The notes beneath the pieces are model-generated. The model had not been told where the DNA came from. It saw nothing but the letters and a program-made list of their open reading frames with translations, and made no database searches. A DNA stretch of 57,669 bases, filler included, from Porpidia crustulata (taxonomy: Eukaryota): NCBI GenBank assembly GCA_964255105.1. It is 5 parts of 5 records of this genome, joined end to end, with 100 filler letters (N's around TTAATTAATTAA, not from the genome) between each part and the next. Parts side by side here need not be neighbours in the genome. Positions count along the whole stretch, not along the records: positions 23,124 to 34,579 come from CAXUWE010000657.1; positions 34,680 to 46,126 come from CAXUWE010000658.1; 3 more parts are not named here. One strand, given 5' to 3'. The position numbers and the translations under genes were made by a program. Below, in pieces: positions 26,250 to 38,538 of this stretch. The stretch's first letter is position 1. Each line of letters opens with the position of its first letter.

Positions 26250-29200
26250 CTAGATGATTGGCTTAATCATCGGTGCAATGATGCCTTGTTTTATGAGAAT
26301 CCGAGGCTTCGTTGCCGACTGGAAAGTCTCCTTTGTTGTCCATTCTGGTCCTACCGGCAGCCTCAGACTCCGCTCATACTGCTGTCTATTCTCAAATGGA
26401 TGTGGTAGGTTAGATGCCAAGTATTTCGCGTTCTTCTTAGCCCTCTTCTCATTGATAATTACTCTCTTCAATTTTGCATCCTTTCGCCTCTCCTTTGGGA
26501 TGCCCTCCTCTTTCTTTAAGAGTCGACCTTTATTGCGCTTCTGTTCTTTCTTGCTGATCCCCTCCCCTGTCCAGTTACCCCACCCTGGCAACGTCATATC
26601 GATAATTTTTTCATCCTCGTCATGGACAATCTCAGCTTTCTCCTCGTCAAAGTTCGCGACCACTTCATCGCCGGCAAAAGCTCTGTGGATTAAATCTTGA
26701 TTGCGAAGTACAAATGGCACTTGATTTTCTTCGTCGTCTTCTACGTCGTCATCCCTGACTTCATCAAGTTCCTTCGCAATGGATGTTATAATGCCCTGCT
26801 CTGCTTCCCGCTCTATTTGAGGGCCCTTGAGCGCTGATCGTGTTCTTGAACTGGAATTGTCAGACTTTGTGAAAACCTCTGGGAGGGCGTCGATGAACGC
26901 TGGTGCTTGAACGTCTTGCGTCTTCCGGTCGCGATTGTTTGTTTTTCTAACCCCGTTTGATAACCACGGATTTTCGGCCGTCTCTGAAATCGGCTCATTC
27001 ATTGGTGCTGAAAGTTTTCGGGCATAATCACGGCTAATAGAAGGCCTTTCATATGGAATGCTTTGGCCTCTCGTATCGTTAGTGTCGACCACAATCTTCA
27101 AGCCTCCATCATCGGAAGCCGCTAAGGCTATATGGTCTTCATTATCTGAAGCCCTTTCTTCGAACTCATTCTCTGCTTCTGGTCGCGCAACTTCCGCGCG
27201 CGAAGACCTATGGTTCGTTGGCCCATAGGTCCTTCGTCCAGGACCGTCAGTCACATCTTCTTCACTGGAAGTTTCCTGACCGGCAATCTCCCTGCGCATG
27301 TTCTCTATCTCAGCGTCATTGAGTTTTTTGCGATGAGCTTCAGCAGTTCTCATGAATTTCAAGGAAGCTAGAGACGATCTGGAATCACCTTCCCTCAAAC
27401 CATGTCCACCGCTATCGTCGCCAACTTGCTCTAAGCGTCTACTGAGCTTGCGCGCACTCCTTTGGTCTCCATCTTCGACATAATTCTCTGCCCTCCCTTC
27501 TTCAGAGTCCGTGTCAGATGAGAGAGATCCATCTTCATCATCGACTACATCCTTTCCCTCCATTCTTTTTCGAAGTTCTTCTCCCCTCCTCGCCATTTCG
27601 GTAACTCCGGTGCGCGCATCCTCATCCCACATCGCCCTTCCACTGTCTTTGACACCCCTTGCCCATTTGCTCTCCCGATGCCGAGCACCCATTCTTTCCT
27701 TTGCTCGACGCCTATCTTTCCGTTCCTGCTCACTCTCAGAATCAATCGCACCAGCGGTAGCCAATGCATCTTTATCCTCCTGAGCGCCCCTCTCCCGTTC
27801 CTTACGGTGCACTCGTCGGTAAGACTTGCTCTTAATTTTGTTAATCCTCTTAGCTCGGATTTCCTCGCGGAATAAGAGCTCTCGGGCTTGTCGTAACTCT
27901 GCTCTTCGGGCTTGTACGTCTTCTATGGGCAGCTTTTTAGACTCTAATTCCTCGAAAGCTTGAAGCTGGCTTTCTTCGGACTTTTTATTACTAGACGCAA
28001 GTCCACTTTCTTGTAAAATGTTCTGTATTGTACTCTCAAGAGCCGTCATTGGCTGTGAGTTAGACTTGGGCAGTAACCGCTGGGTTCCTTGAGCCGCAAT
28101 TGCTTCTGGATTTTGCAGTGGGAAAGAGAGGTGCTCAGCTCTTCTATTGTGCTTCACAGTATCAATCCAGCGCGTCAGAGTTTCTTTGCTTTTCTCATAT
28201 GCGGCTGCTCGATCCAAGCGATCTTGCTGCCTCTTGGCGAGGGGTACAACTAGTTTCTTAGGTATACCGGTACGTTTACCAGAGGATTTAGAATCGCTAT
28301 CGGCAAGAATCTTTAACGACTTTTTCAATTTGGGGTCCGTAATAGTTGGGAGTAAATCGGCAATTGTAAGTTTCTGTCTCGAGTTCAACCCAAATTCAGA
28401 CGGAGTGGTATTCTCCTGGGCATCAGGACCAGACTTGTGCCGAGATGCATGCTGCAAGTCTTGATCATTGATAGTAGAAACAAGTTGCTGTAGAGACATC
28501 AGTTTACTAGATTCTTCAACGCCACCCTCATCTTCTGAAATTGATAACACTGATTCCTCCCCCGAAATTTCACTGTCCGCCGTTTGATCATCAATTTCAG
28601 ATTGACGGATTTCACGTCGCTTCTGGCTTGCGGCCGTAATCTTCTCGTATTTCTCCGCATCACTAACACCATCATCAAGAATGGCAGCAAGGTCGACCGC
28701 CTCGTCTCCAAGATCATCATCATCTACGGCTGCATCATTTCCCTCTTCCAAATCCTCATGTAAGTCTATGTCATGTAGCTCGTCGTCCTCTTGTGAGTAT
28801 TCTGTCGGCTTTCTTGGAGGTTTTCTCGGCAAGCTTGGAGTCGAGCCCCCACGGAACGTAAAGCCTTCAAATCTGTCTTCGTCGCTTGCGTCCATGGCTT
28901 CGTCGCTGTCCAGATCGCTGTCATCTTCCATATCAACATCTCCTAAAACCCACTCGTTACCGTCACTATCACTTCCACCCTCAATCGTACGGCCAAAGCG
29001 ATCCTTCCCACCAGCCCGTGGTTTTTTAGATCTTTGACGGCCATCGTCTTGCTCGGAATCTTCCTGCGAAGCTTCTCTCTTGCGCTTAGAAGAGTCTTGT
29101 TCGATTTCGCCGAGTCGACCTTGACGATGCTTTGCTCGTTGAGGATGCTGCTGCTCAGCAATAGCTAAAGCATTCAGAGAACGCTTACCTGCCTTTTTGG

Positions 29201-29261
29201 CACTTTTCTTGTTTCTCGATTTTCCAACAGACGGCGCTGCCGTTGATTGCCTGCCTGGCAT
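26250..29261 (-). CDS. UTP14: SSU processome component Utp14
   Basis: 1003-aa intronless ORF with RAKRINKIKSKSYRRV, ERMGARH, LPGWGNWTG and LRLPVGPEWTTKETFQ. Confidence 0.95.
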   Translation of the reverse strand: MPGRQSTAAPSVGKSRNKKSAKKAGKRSLNALAIAEQQHPQRAKHRQGRLGEIEQDSSKRKREASQEDSEQDDGRQRSKKPRAGGKDRFGRTIEGGSDSDGNEWVLGDVDMEDDSDLDSDEAMDASDEDRFEGFTFRGGSTPSLPRKPPRKPTEYSQEDDELHDIDLHEDLEEGNDAAVDDDDLGDEAVDLAAILDDGVSDAEKYEKITAASQKRREIRQSEIDDQTADSEISGEESVLSISEDEGGVEESSKLMSLQQLVSTINDQDLQHASRHKSGPDAQENTTPSEFGLNSRQKLTIADLLPTITDPKLKKSLKILADSDSKSSGKRTGIPKKLVVPLAKRQQDRLDRAAAYEKSKETLTRWIDTVKHNRRAEHLSFPLQNPEAIAAQGTQRLLPKSNSQPMTALESTIQNILQESGLASSNKKSEESQLQAFEELESKKLPIEDVQARRAELRQARELLFREEIRAKRINKIKSKSYRRVHRKERERGAQEDKDALATAGAIDSESEQERKDRRRAKERMGARHRESKWARGVKDSGRAMWDEDARTGVTEMARRGEELRKRMEGKDVVDDEDGSLSSDTDSEEGRAENYVEDGDQRSARKLSRRLEQVGDDSGGHGLREGDSRSSLASLKFMRTAEAHRKKLNDAEIENMRREIAGQETSSEEDVTDGPGRRTYGPTNHRSSRAEVARPEAENEFEERASDNEDHIALAASDDGGLKIVVDTNDTRGQSIPYERPSISRDYARKLSAPMNEPISETAENPWLSNGVRKTNNRDRKTQDVQAPAFIDALPEVFTKSDNSSSRTRSALKGPQIEREAEQGIITSIAKELDEVRDDDVEDDEENQVPFVLRNQDLIHRAFAGDEVVANFDEEKAEIVHDEDEKIIDMTLPGWGNWTGEGISKKEQKRNKGRLLKKEEGIPKERRKDAKLKRVIINEKRAKKNAKYLASNLPHPFENRQQYERSLRLPVGPEWTTKETFQSATKPRILIKQGIIAPMIKPII

Positions 29262-29428
29262 TTTATTGAAAATGGACCCAATGTGTGTAAGTCGTGGTCC
29301 TCGGGTGCTCGAGAGTCTTCAAAGTGATGATCACCAACAGGGATTATCAGACGCTAACGCCGCCCCGTAGGGTTTCTCTTCGATTTGCAAATCTCGACAT
29401 CATGGTTTGATATAACTAAGTATCAGTC

Positions 29429-29802
29429 ATGGTCAAGCCTACCCAACCCCTCTTTCGTCGCATCCGCCGTCTCGCTCTCACCACAAAACAAGTCAATGGA
29501 GGATACTACAAAGGTACCGGTACCGGTTCAATGGGCCGACACACCAAGCATGGGGGATACATAATCGATTGGCGCAAAGTCCGCACATACGTTGTGCCAA
29601 AAAATTTGAATGATTTCAAAGTAATTGGACCTCCAGCTTCTACATGGTAGATCCGAAAGGTGCTGACAGTTAATTATAGCTCACGCCCTTTGTCACTAAT
29701 AACATGGAGCGACTAAGGGGCCAATTTACAGGATATCCCGAGGGAGGGTTCAGTGGGGACAGATATCTAGAGCATTGGAAAGAGAAGAATGGCACAGATT
29801 AG
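29429..29802 (+). CDS. MRPL27: Mitochondrial ribosomal protein mL41 (MRPL27)
   Basis: RRLALTTKQVNGGYYKGTGTGSMGRHTKHGGYIIDWRKVRTYVVP, spliced to LTPFVT...; stop TAG at 29800-29802. Confidence 0.9.
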
Positions 29803-30502
29803 TGAAGTGAATGGATATTGTACAATTACGGGAAAGCCATCGAATTTGGTATACCTATGACCCAGTGGACTGGTGGCATAGCAACGGTGTTCAGGTCATA
29901 GGGTGATTGGGCGTTATGGAATAAATCTGAGGATCTTCACCATGGATTCCTCTTCTGGCAGAGCTTATGGGATTTAATAGAGGCCTTGGGCGTGCAAGGA
30001 ATAAGGCATGATATAATTAAGTAGCAAAGTGAAAGCTTTACAGGCGATCAAAATCAACGTCTTCGGACGGGCGAGTCTTTCCGTACAAATCTATCAAAAC
30101 TGTTGAGATCACAAGCTCTCAAATCTATCATCTTGGCTTGCAGATATACTTAAGAACAGTAAACTCAATCCCTTGCTCATAAGAGTGGTATGATCAAAAG
30201 ATGATTATAGTGGCTGCATAACTAGATAGAAGCCACGAGAAGTTGTGCAAGCGCCACAAAAGCTCCCCAAATCTGCCTAGGCAAAGCGGGAGTGCGGCGA
30301 ACATTTTGACATTTCCAGTACGAGAGCGGCCATATCTATATGTTTATCGCTACTGCTGAATGGGTGCCTCTAAGGCTCCGTGCCATGTTCGTCAATTACT
30401 AATCCTCCATTCTGTCTGGTAGGCATACATCGACATGTACTTTTCACGCAGTCTGCACACTCGATAGCTCTTGGACTCGAGATAATCCACCGAACATTGT
30501 TC

Positions 30503-33500
30503 ATGATGTTTACGTCCTTTACTGGCAGCGCTCGGCCCCGCCGACAAGTAAATCTCTCGGGGCGAAATACGAATCCCTTCGCTGCGATCTCTGGTTCTCG
30601 ACCACAGAATTCTCCCTCGAGCGTACAGAATACTCTGGCTCACGCTCAGCAAGAACGATTGGTCAGACACCTTGAAAGGGAACGACCCCGAGCAGCAACA
30701 ACAATCCAAAAAACTTGGAGGGGACACAGAGCTCGCGAGGAAGCTAAATGGCACTGGAGATGTGACTGGGACTACAACGAAGCACAAGATCGGAATTCTA
30801 GCCAAAATGAAACAAGTCCAAACCCACTTCCCAATCCATACCGAACGGAGGAAGAGTGCTTGGGCCAGCTACGACTACTCGTACAGTTCGCCTCTTCCAA
30901 GGACGATGGTGATATTGGAAGACTACACTTGTTCACCGTAAGATACCTTAGGTCATTACATGCCCTGCATTCGGCCTGTCCTATGGAAGTTTGGACGTAT
31001 CCACTCTTGCGCCTTGCTAAAATCGTCATTAATGTCTTGAACCGTAGCAAGACTTCTCAAGTGTCTACAAACATAGTCAACAATCTTCTCAAACTCTTGT
31101 CAGTTCTAGCGACTACGATACCCGAAAAGCTTGCTTCACACTCCGTTCTTTACTATCAAGCCTTGGGGACCCTACTCACCTCTCACAACCCGGCCTTAAA
31201 TCAAGGCCTCAATCGAGTATTACTAGGGTCAGCTATCATTAGCTTAATGCAACCTGTTACGTCGAGGACGAGTATCGTATACGAGGGTTTTGCCAGCGAA
31301 CTCCTGATTTTGCCTGACCTTTCCACTCTTCTCGGTGATCTGAAGATAGTGGAAGATGGTCTTGATTACGAGCTACTGGCTACCATGCTCAATAAGTTAC
31401 TCTATCCCGCGTCGGGGCGAAGCCTTGTGGAACTCAAAAGTCGGGAGCATCTACTTTGGCTCCTGGCATACTTTGTTTATTTCCGTCGGTCGGCTCATGG
31501 CTTTGAGGGTGCTTCGTCGGAGATACCAGATACGCTGTATATTAATGTAATATCAAAGCTTATTTCGCATTTGGCGGACGATATCGGATCGCGCGTTGTT
31601 CCATCTGAAGAATCCCCGATGGTGGAGAGCAATTCCCCTGCTTCGACTTACCGTGCCACCGAGCCTTTACCCAGTTTTGTGCGGAGTGAAATCCTGACTC
31701 TAGTAAACCAGAATAGCGTCAGCAGTCTTCTTGTGCACATGGAAATCGCTCCTGGGTCGATTGACAAAGTATCCGACGCTTCGACTCAGGCATCATCCCT
31801 CGCTAGTTATGCCTTGACACTGTTGAGGGTTTTCCGTGCTAGACGGGACGAGATATTCATGTGGCTATATCGAGGATCTACCTCCCGACAATCTGGGAAC
31901 AAGCTTCCGGCAATCAAGTATTTTTTCAAAGCTTCTAGTGCTACCACAATTTACGGCTTGATCAAGAGAGACCCTCGGGAAGCAATAGCCTTGTTGCGGC
32001 CGGATAATGCCCGGAAACTTTCTACTAGATCTGGACTGCAGCTGTCATCAGAACCTTTAACCATGGAGTCAAGAAACCAGCAATGGCATATCATCCTTCT
32101 CTTCTTGGAGCTTTATACCGTCATATTGAGGTCCATGGATGATGATGAATTTCTATCCGGTGATTCTCCCTCCAACAACGCGCAGTCGTGGACACGACAG
32201 AGTGCCTTGCCACTCAACCAAGTCAAAGATCTCAGTGTCTTTCTCAAGAATCTAGCGTTCACGATGTATTGGAACACCACAGAGATAGCCGGAATTGAGG
32301 AGCCCAACGTTACAAATAGCCTTGCGGATTACTTCAGCGGGAAAGTGGGGTCGCCATCTGATAACGGTCAAGATGATCTCTCGACCAAGCTCGAGGGTAC
32401 GGTAATAGGTGGCGTGACTGGCATGACATTGCCTTATACGAAGGGTTTAGTGACGGGTCTCTTACGCATGGTCTACGAACGAGAGTAAGGAAGGGCCTTT
32501 AGAACCGTTGAGTATCTGGCGCTGACCTATCTACAGTTCTCGGCGAAAGTTCCTTCCCAGCGATCATTGGCTCATGACGAAGTGGTTTGAAATGGACAGA
32601 TTTATTTCCGCCGTGGTGGCCGAAGAAGAACAGAAGCACAGAATAGAGGAGTCTTACGGCGAAGGCGCAGAAGAGAACCAAATCGATGAGAAAGATGAAG
32701 ATGAATCAGATGATGTCAACCTTATTGGCACGTCGCGGACACAACAGGTCAAGAATATCGAGCGTCTAAAGAGACAGCAGCAGAAGGCGTCAAGGCGGAA
32801 ATATCTTCAATCTGTCACGCCTCGACTCGAGATCCTGCAGAACATGCCCTTTTTCGTTCCATTTGCGACTCGTGTAGAAATATTCCGTGAATTCGTGTTG
32901 TTAGACCAAATCAGAAGGAGAGGTTCTGCTGACGCAGACGAATGGAGATTTCGGATGATGAATTCTGGACCTTCCGGCGGAGATATGAGCAGACATCGTG
33001 CCAAGGTCCGACGAGAGAATATTTTCGATGATGCCTATGAACAATTTTACCAGCTTGGGGAAGGACTCAAGGAACCCATTCAGATCAAGTTCGTTGACAA
33101 ATTTGACACTGTTGAGGAAGGTATAGATGGTGGTGGTGTCACCAAAGAATTTCTTACAAGCGTGACCAGCGAAGCGTTTAGCCCCAATAATGGTCTAAAC
33201 CTGTTTATCGAGAACGACCAACATCTACTCTATCCAAATCCATCAGCTGTAGAAGAGCGAGAAGATCTCCTTCAACAAGCAGACGTCAAAAGAGGCTCTG
33301 CGGAGTGGACTCAATCTATCAGAGATTTGCTGCAGAGATACGAATTCCTCGGTCGAATTGTTGGCAAGTGCTTATACGAAGGGATCTTGATTGACGTTCA
33401 TTTCGCCGGGTTCTTTCTTATCAAATGGGCTTTGACCGGAGGCACTGGCTCAGCGGCCAAGGAGTCAGGCTACCGTGCTAATATTAACGACATTCGTGAC

Positions 33501-34245
33501 CTTGACGAGAGCTTATTCCAAGGACTGGTACGTCGTCATTTGAGTGACCTGCAAGCATCTATTGACATTCTTATAGCTCCAACTCAAAAATTATCCCGGC
33601 AATGTCGAAGATTTCTCCCTCGATTTTACCGTCACCGATACTCTCTCATCTACTAATCCAAGTAAAACCATCACCCACGAGCTCCGACCCAACGGCGCCG
33701 AGATCTCCGTCACAAATGCAAATCGTCTCATCTACATCTCGTGCCTCGCCCGTCATCGCTTGCAGCTTCAACCGTGGAAGCAAACCCACGCTTTTCTCAA
33801 AGGCTTGGGCACCGTCATCTCCCCGTCCTGGCTCTCCATGTTTAACCAAAGCGAACTCCAAACCCTCGTCGGCGGCGACAGCTCCGAGATCGACCTTGCC
33901 GATCTGCGCAAAAACACCCAATACGGCGGCCTCTACACCATCGGCACCGACGGGCTCGAGCACCCCAGCGTGCGCTATTTCTGGCAGGCGATGCAGTCCT
34001 TTCCCGACGTCGACAAGCGGAAAGTGCTGAAGTTCGTGACATCGACGCCTCGCGCGCCGTTGTTGGGTTTTGACCAATTGAACCCGCGGTTCAGTATCCG
34101 AGACAGCGGACACGATCAGACACGGCTTCCCAGCACAAGTACCTGTGTGAATCTGCTGAAGCTGCCCATCTATACGGATGTGGAGACGTTGAAGAACAGG
34201 CTGTTGTATAGTATTAACGCCGGCGCCGGTTTCAATCTCAGCTAA
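30503..34245 (+). CDS. HUL5: IQ-HECT E3 ubiquitin ligase (Hul5/UBE3C-like), 3 exons
   Basis: N-terminal SFTGSARPRRQVNLSGR, IQ motif IQKTWRGHR, and HECT motifs EEGIDGGGVTKEFL and RLPSTSTCVNLLKLP. Confidence 0.9.
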
Positions 34246-34579
34246 GACGGTCCTTTTTTCCTTTCTCTCTTGTAATATTTAGCGGCATTGATTTAGGTGC
34301 ATATGAGCGTGGGAGCTTGCAAGGGGGGCGCATTACTCTAGAATCCTGTCAGCCAGACGGTTTTGCAGACAACGATCGTTATGATTGTTTCTGAGGGATG
34401 GCACAGATGGACGATAGAGAGATGCCTTGTTGATGAAAGGTATAGATAGATTAAGCTGATAGTTGAGGTATTGAATTTTGCCTGCCCCAGCAAAACCCTC
34501 CATCTAACCACACAACTCTCCAAGCGACAAGGTGTGTTATTTCTTTGGGGAAACGCGATGCGATGGCCTAGCCTTAGAC

Positions 34580-34679
34580 NNNNNNNNNNNNNNNNNNNNN
34601 NNNNNNNNNNNNNNNNNNNNNNNTTAATTAATTAANNNNNNNNNNNNNNNNNNNNNNNNNNNNNNNNNNNNNNNNNNNN
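34580..34679. other. Artificial contig spacer
   Basis: N44-TTAATTAATTAA-N44. Confidence 0.98.
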
Positions 34680-35513
34680 GAGGAGGACAGGGACAAGCAC
34701 AGCGACAGTAGCCCCAACAACAATAGCAGCAGGCACGAGAGCCAGCGTGTTTCGTAACCAACCCTGGGATCTTCGTGTAGGATCTTACTTTGGGGGGGTG
34801 TAGAAAACGAGGTCGGTGGTGATTTGGTCTTTGAGGTTATTGAGGCCAAGATCCCGAGTGAACGCTCTTGGCAGAAAGCAGCAACTTAGAATATTTAGCA
34901 TGGGTGCACGATTGTGGTAATGATGCACTACTGAGAATCAGTAAGAACGCCGCTCAAAACGACGTCAAAGCCACATCACACCTGTACACAAAATTATCGT
35001 GTAGTCTGTGTGTAGTCGATACTGTGACGCGTTCCTTGACCGGCAGACCGGTTAGGCTGCCCCTCGCCGCCCTCCGCTTCCTGCTGCCCCCAGATCGACC
35101 GAGAACAGAACAGAACAAATATGAGACGGGTGGGAAGTTCTGGGTATCTAGTAGGAATTTGTTTATATATAAAGACCCCCCCTCATGACTTTGGAAGGAT
35201 CTAGGTGATTTAAACGCCTCCTAATGGTGAATTTGCCTAGCGACGGGTCTGGATCCTCACGATGACTTCCAGACATGGTAAGGGGATCCTTTACTTGAGT
35301 GGTGCTGTTACTCGGATTCACTCCGGTTTCTGCAGGATCACGTTTTGAAGATTGGATGGAATGATCCTGTGGGTTTCCGAATGACCCTATGCAAAGCCTC
35401 CTCGAGACGGGGTTTAAACCTCCGCAATGACCTTGCTCTATCCGTTCAGCAAGGCGATTTGACAGTAAGCAAAATGGTATCGCGTCAGCAAAAATGAAGA
35501 CGGTTCATCCCAT

Positions 35514-37580
35514 TTAATCATTGCCTCCACAACCATTGGTAAACCCTCCTCCTGCCGCCTGCACCACCTTGTTGTTCTTGAAACACCTCGCCCTGACCCA
35601 GATAGGCGTGTTGAAGGTAGCCACCCACTCATAGCCCTCGCTGCTAGGGGGCTTGAGATAATCGAAGGTCCACATCGTAACTCCAAGCCCCAAGCAGCCT
35701 TTGATAGACGGCAGGAGTGTTTTCTGGCCGTTGTCATAGTCACTGAAGCCTGAGCCGTAGATCTGGTAGCTGCTCCAAAAGCCATGATACCATCCTGTAC
35801 ACTTGCCGTCTGTCTTCTGAATGACCGGCCACGGGCGGTAGTCCGCGGCCGGCGTGACCTCGTACGTGTAACTGCCCCTTACCCAGTGGCCGCCAAACTT
35901 CCAGTTCATGGGATTTTTGTCATCGTTGCCATCACAACCGTTGATGAGGCGGTCAAAGGAATCGAGGCACTCTTGTTTGTTGAAATCCGCCACGTCATTA
36001 CCCAGCTGCAGCGTAAAGGTGTGCTCGTCAGGTGTGCCCTGGTGATAAGTGTTGGACGCTGTCCACCCGACCGTGTGCGAAGGCTGCTGTACATAGTTGT
36101 TGCAGAAGTCTTTGTAATTCTCATTCATGCGGTCTACCGCTGCGTACGCCTTGCGCCCGTCAGCCTGCCAGCAGCGGAAGTCGTCTTTCTTGACGCACGT
36201 CGGCGCTTTCACGCCCGCACTTCGGCGCGCAAGTCCATCAGCGTCTCTGTAGCAAAGGAGGCTATCGTGATATGGCCCAGCTCATTGGGGTGGAAGTTCT
36301 TCCCAAACGTATCCGGTAGTCCAAGACCCAGTGTTGCGTCGAAATTTCCGTCACCAGGGCAGCCGGGAGGGCTAGGCGCGCGGCGATCCAGCTTGTGCAA
36401 GTCGCGCGCAGCAGGATTCGCGGACTTCCACAGCAGGGTGTCATAAAGGTTTTCGTCGGCCACGCGCTTGGCTGTGGCCTCGAAACTGGCTCGCTCCGCC
36501 TCGTAGCGGACTGGGTCGCGGCGCTTGAGCTCGTCGTGGATGTATGGCTGGACATAAGAATTGGGCTTGAAGAACTGGAGGTCTGGCTGGGCGGGATCAG
36601 GATAATGACCGACAGAAGAAGGATCGCACATCTGGCCGGCCACTCCCGCATAAGGCCAAGGGTCCCAGTCAGAGAAACCGATCTTGTACTTGATGTTTGA
36701 GTCACCAGCAATGTCCGTGATGACCGACTGGGCGGCAGCGTTGATTCCCACGACTAATGCATTGAACTTGGCGCGGCGAGCTGCAGTCAGCGCCAGACCC
36801 GAGAATGAGAACCAACGTGGCATGGCCCAGTTTTGCTTGGTCGCACAGTCCTCATTGTCGGTGTTAAAGTACTGGGCATAGCCGTTGAACACAACGATGC
36901 TATCGGCGTTCATCTTGCTGTTGAGGGCCTGTAGGATCTGCTTGATGTTCGGCTTGAGGATCGTCTCGATGTTTTGCTGGGCTTTGTCGATGACGGCCTG
37001 GCAGGCGTCTTCGCCCTGGAAGGGCAGGAATATGCATTTCTTGATCATCGACGCCTGTCTCGTGCGTTAGTTCTCATTGCAGCACCCTCACGAGTTCACC
37101 CGCCGTCTCCGCACGCGAGGTTGGCCAACCGGGGGAAATTCCACCTACCAGACACAGGTCGTTGCCTCCGGCGGTCATCACGACCAGGTCCAGGTTTCCA
37201 TTCATGTCGTTTGCTTGCTTGTAGATGCCCTCTGAGCGGTCACCACTGCATGCGACGAACTGAAAGTCTTGCACAGCTGGGCCGAAAGCGCGATTGAGGA
37301 CCATCGGGTATGACCGGTCGTACCGCGAACAGAGCCAGTCATTTTGGTTGTGGAACACGCCACCCAGCTGAGTGCCCGATCCAATGCCGGCCGTGAAACT
37401 GTCACCAACCGCGGCCCACCGCTTGATCCAACCGAAGTCAGTCGGATCCGCCGCCCGCTTGATCAGGTTAGGGGAGGCGACAAGAGCGTTGGTTTCGTTG
37501 TCATGCGAAGTGAGTCTCATCACGTAGGCATCTGCCAGCCCCAGCAGTGCCAGCAACGAAATGGATAGGAACAGGACCAT
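35514..37580 (-). CDS. Secreted SGNH/GDSL hydrolase with a Cys-containing C-terminal extension, split by a 1-nt frameshift near 36216
   Basis: Signal peptide, GDSFTAGIG (block I Ser), ACSG, TAGGND (block III), KNFHPN (block V) and one intron (~37055-37148). GAA GTG C-G GGC GTG AAA needs one extra base to read EV(L)GVKAPTC into the 35514..36212 ORF. Confidence 0.75.
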
Positions 37581-38538
37581 TGCTGATTCTTAGAGTAGGA
37601 AGGGTGCGCAACGACGTTTCTGGATGTTCTGTCAGGGGTATGCTCAATACGTGAAGGACTGTGGATACTCGACTCACCAGTGTCCTCCTCCCTCAGAAAG
37701 GCACGTCGACGAGGAAATTGAAGTACTTCTGACTAGAAGACGAGGGCAGGGCACTACCACCTTGGGGCTGCAACGGCCGAGCTCCTTACGCCGACACCAC
37801 ACCACCCGTCTACAACCGGACGTCCCCCGCACATGCCGTCGAGGATGCGGTGAGATCACCTGCGTCGGCCATTTCGAGTAAGCTTCCATTCTCATTTCTT
37901 TTAATGTCAGCGCTGTGAACGGCCTGGCATCGACCAATAGTTTTCGATATTGCCTGTCCCCGCCCGGAATCCTACACGCTTGCAAGGCATCCAAACCAAG
38001 TCGTGCAGGTGACCGGAGAGCAAAGGGGCAGTGCAGCCCGCGATCCTATGTTGGGGCGGGGTGGGGCACAGCAGTGTAGAAGCCAATTGGTAGCGATCTC
38101 TGGTGTTGCAAGTGTGGGTAGGAAGTCAGACAGCATTCTACGACCGACGAGTACGTAAATTCGAAACGAAGCAGATGACTACTCCAGGCTGACTCAGCCA
38201 ACTAAGCCCTATTAAGCAATAGCATCTTTCAGTTATAACGTTGATGTTCAATCTCCACCGGCAGCACCAGAACAGAAGCTGACATGAGAATAGTCACAAC
38301 AGCCGGGCTGACACTCCCCTAGTGCTGTGACCCAACAGTGAGGGCAGCAGGGTCAGGGGCGTGTTGTCATGGGACTGCTGCCGCACTGTGCCAAATCGTA
38401 TCGAACGAACATCACAGCCAGCAAGAATGAGAGTGATAATGAGCAGCAACCACAGCTTGCCATGTCGACTCGCTCTTCCTCTGGCTGTCACCATCGGCAT
38501 CAGTTGAGCATCAAGTCGCCCGTTGACCATCAAACAAC

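Noticed and set aside
35023..35190. Possible solo LTR (TGTGAC start, TATA-like run)
   Set aside because: No matching CA terminus or target-site duplication found.
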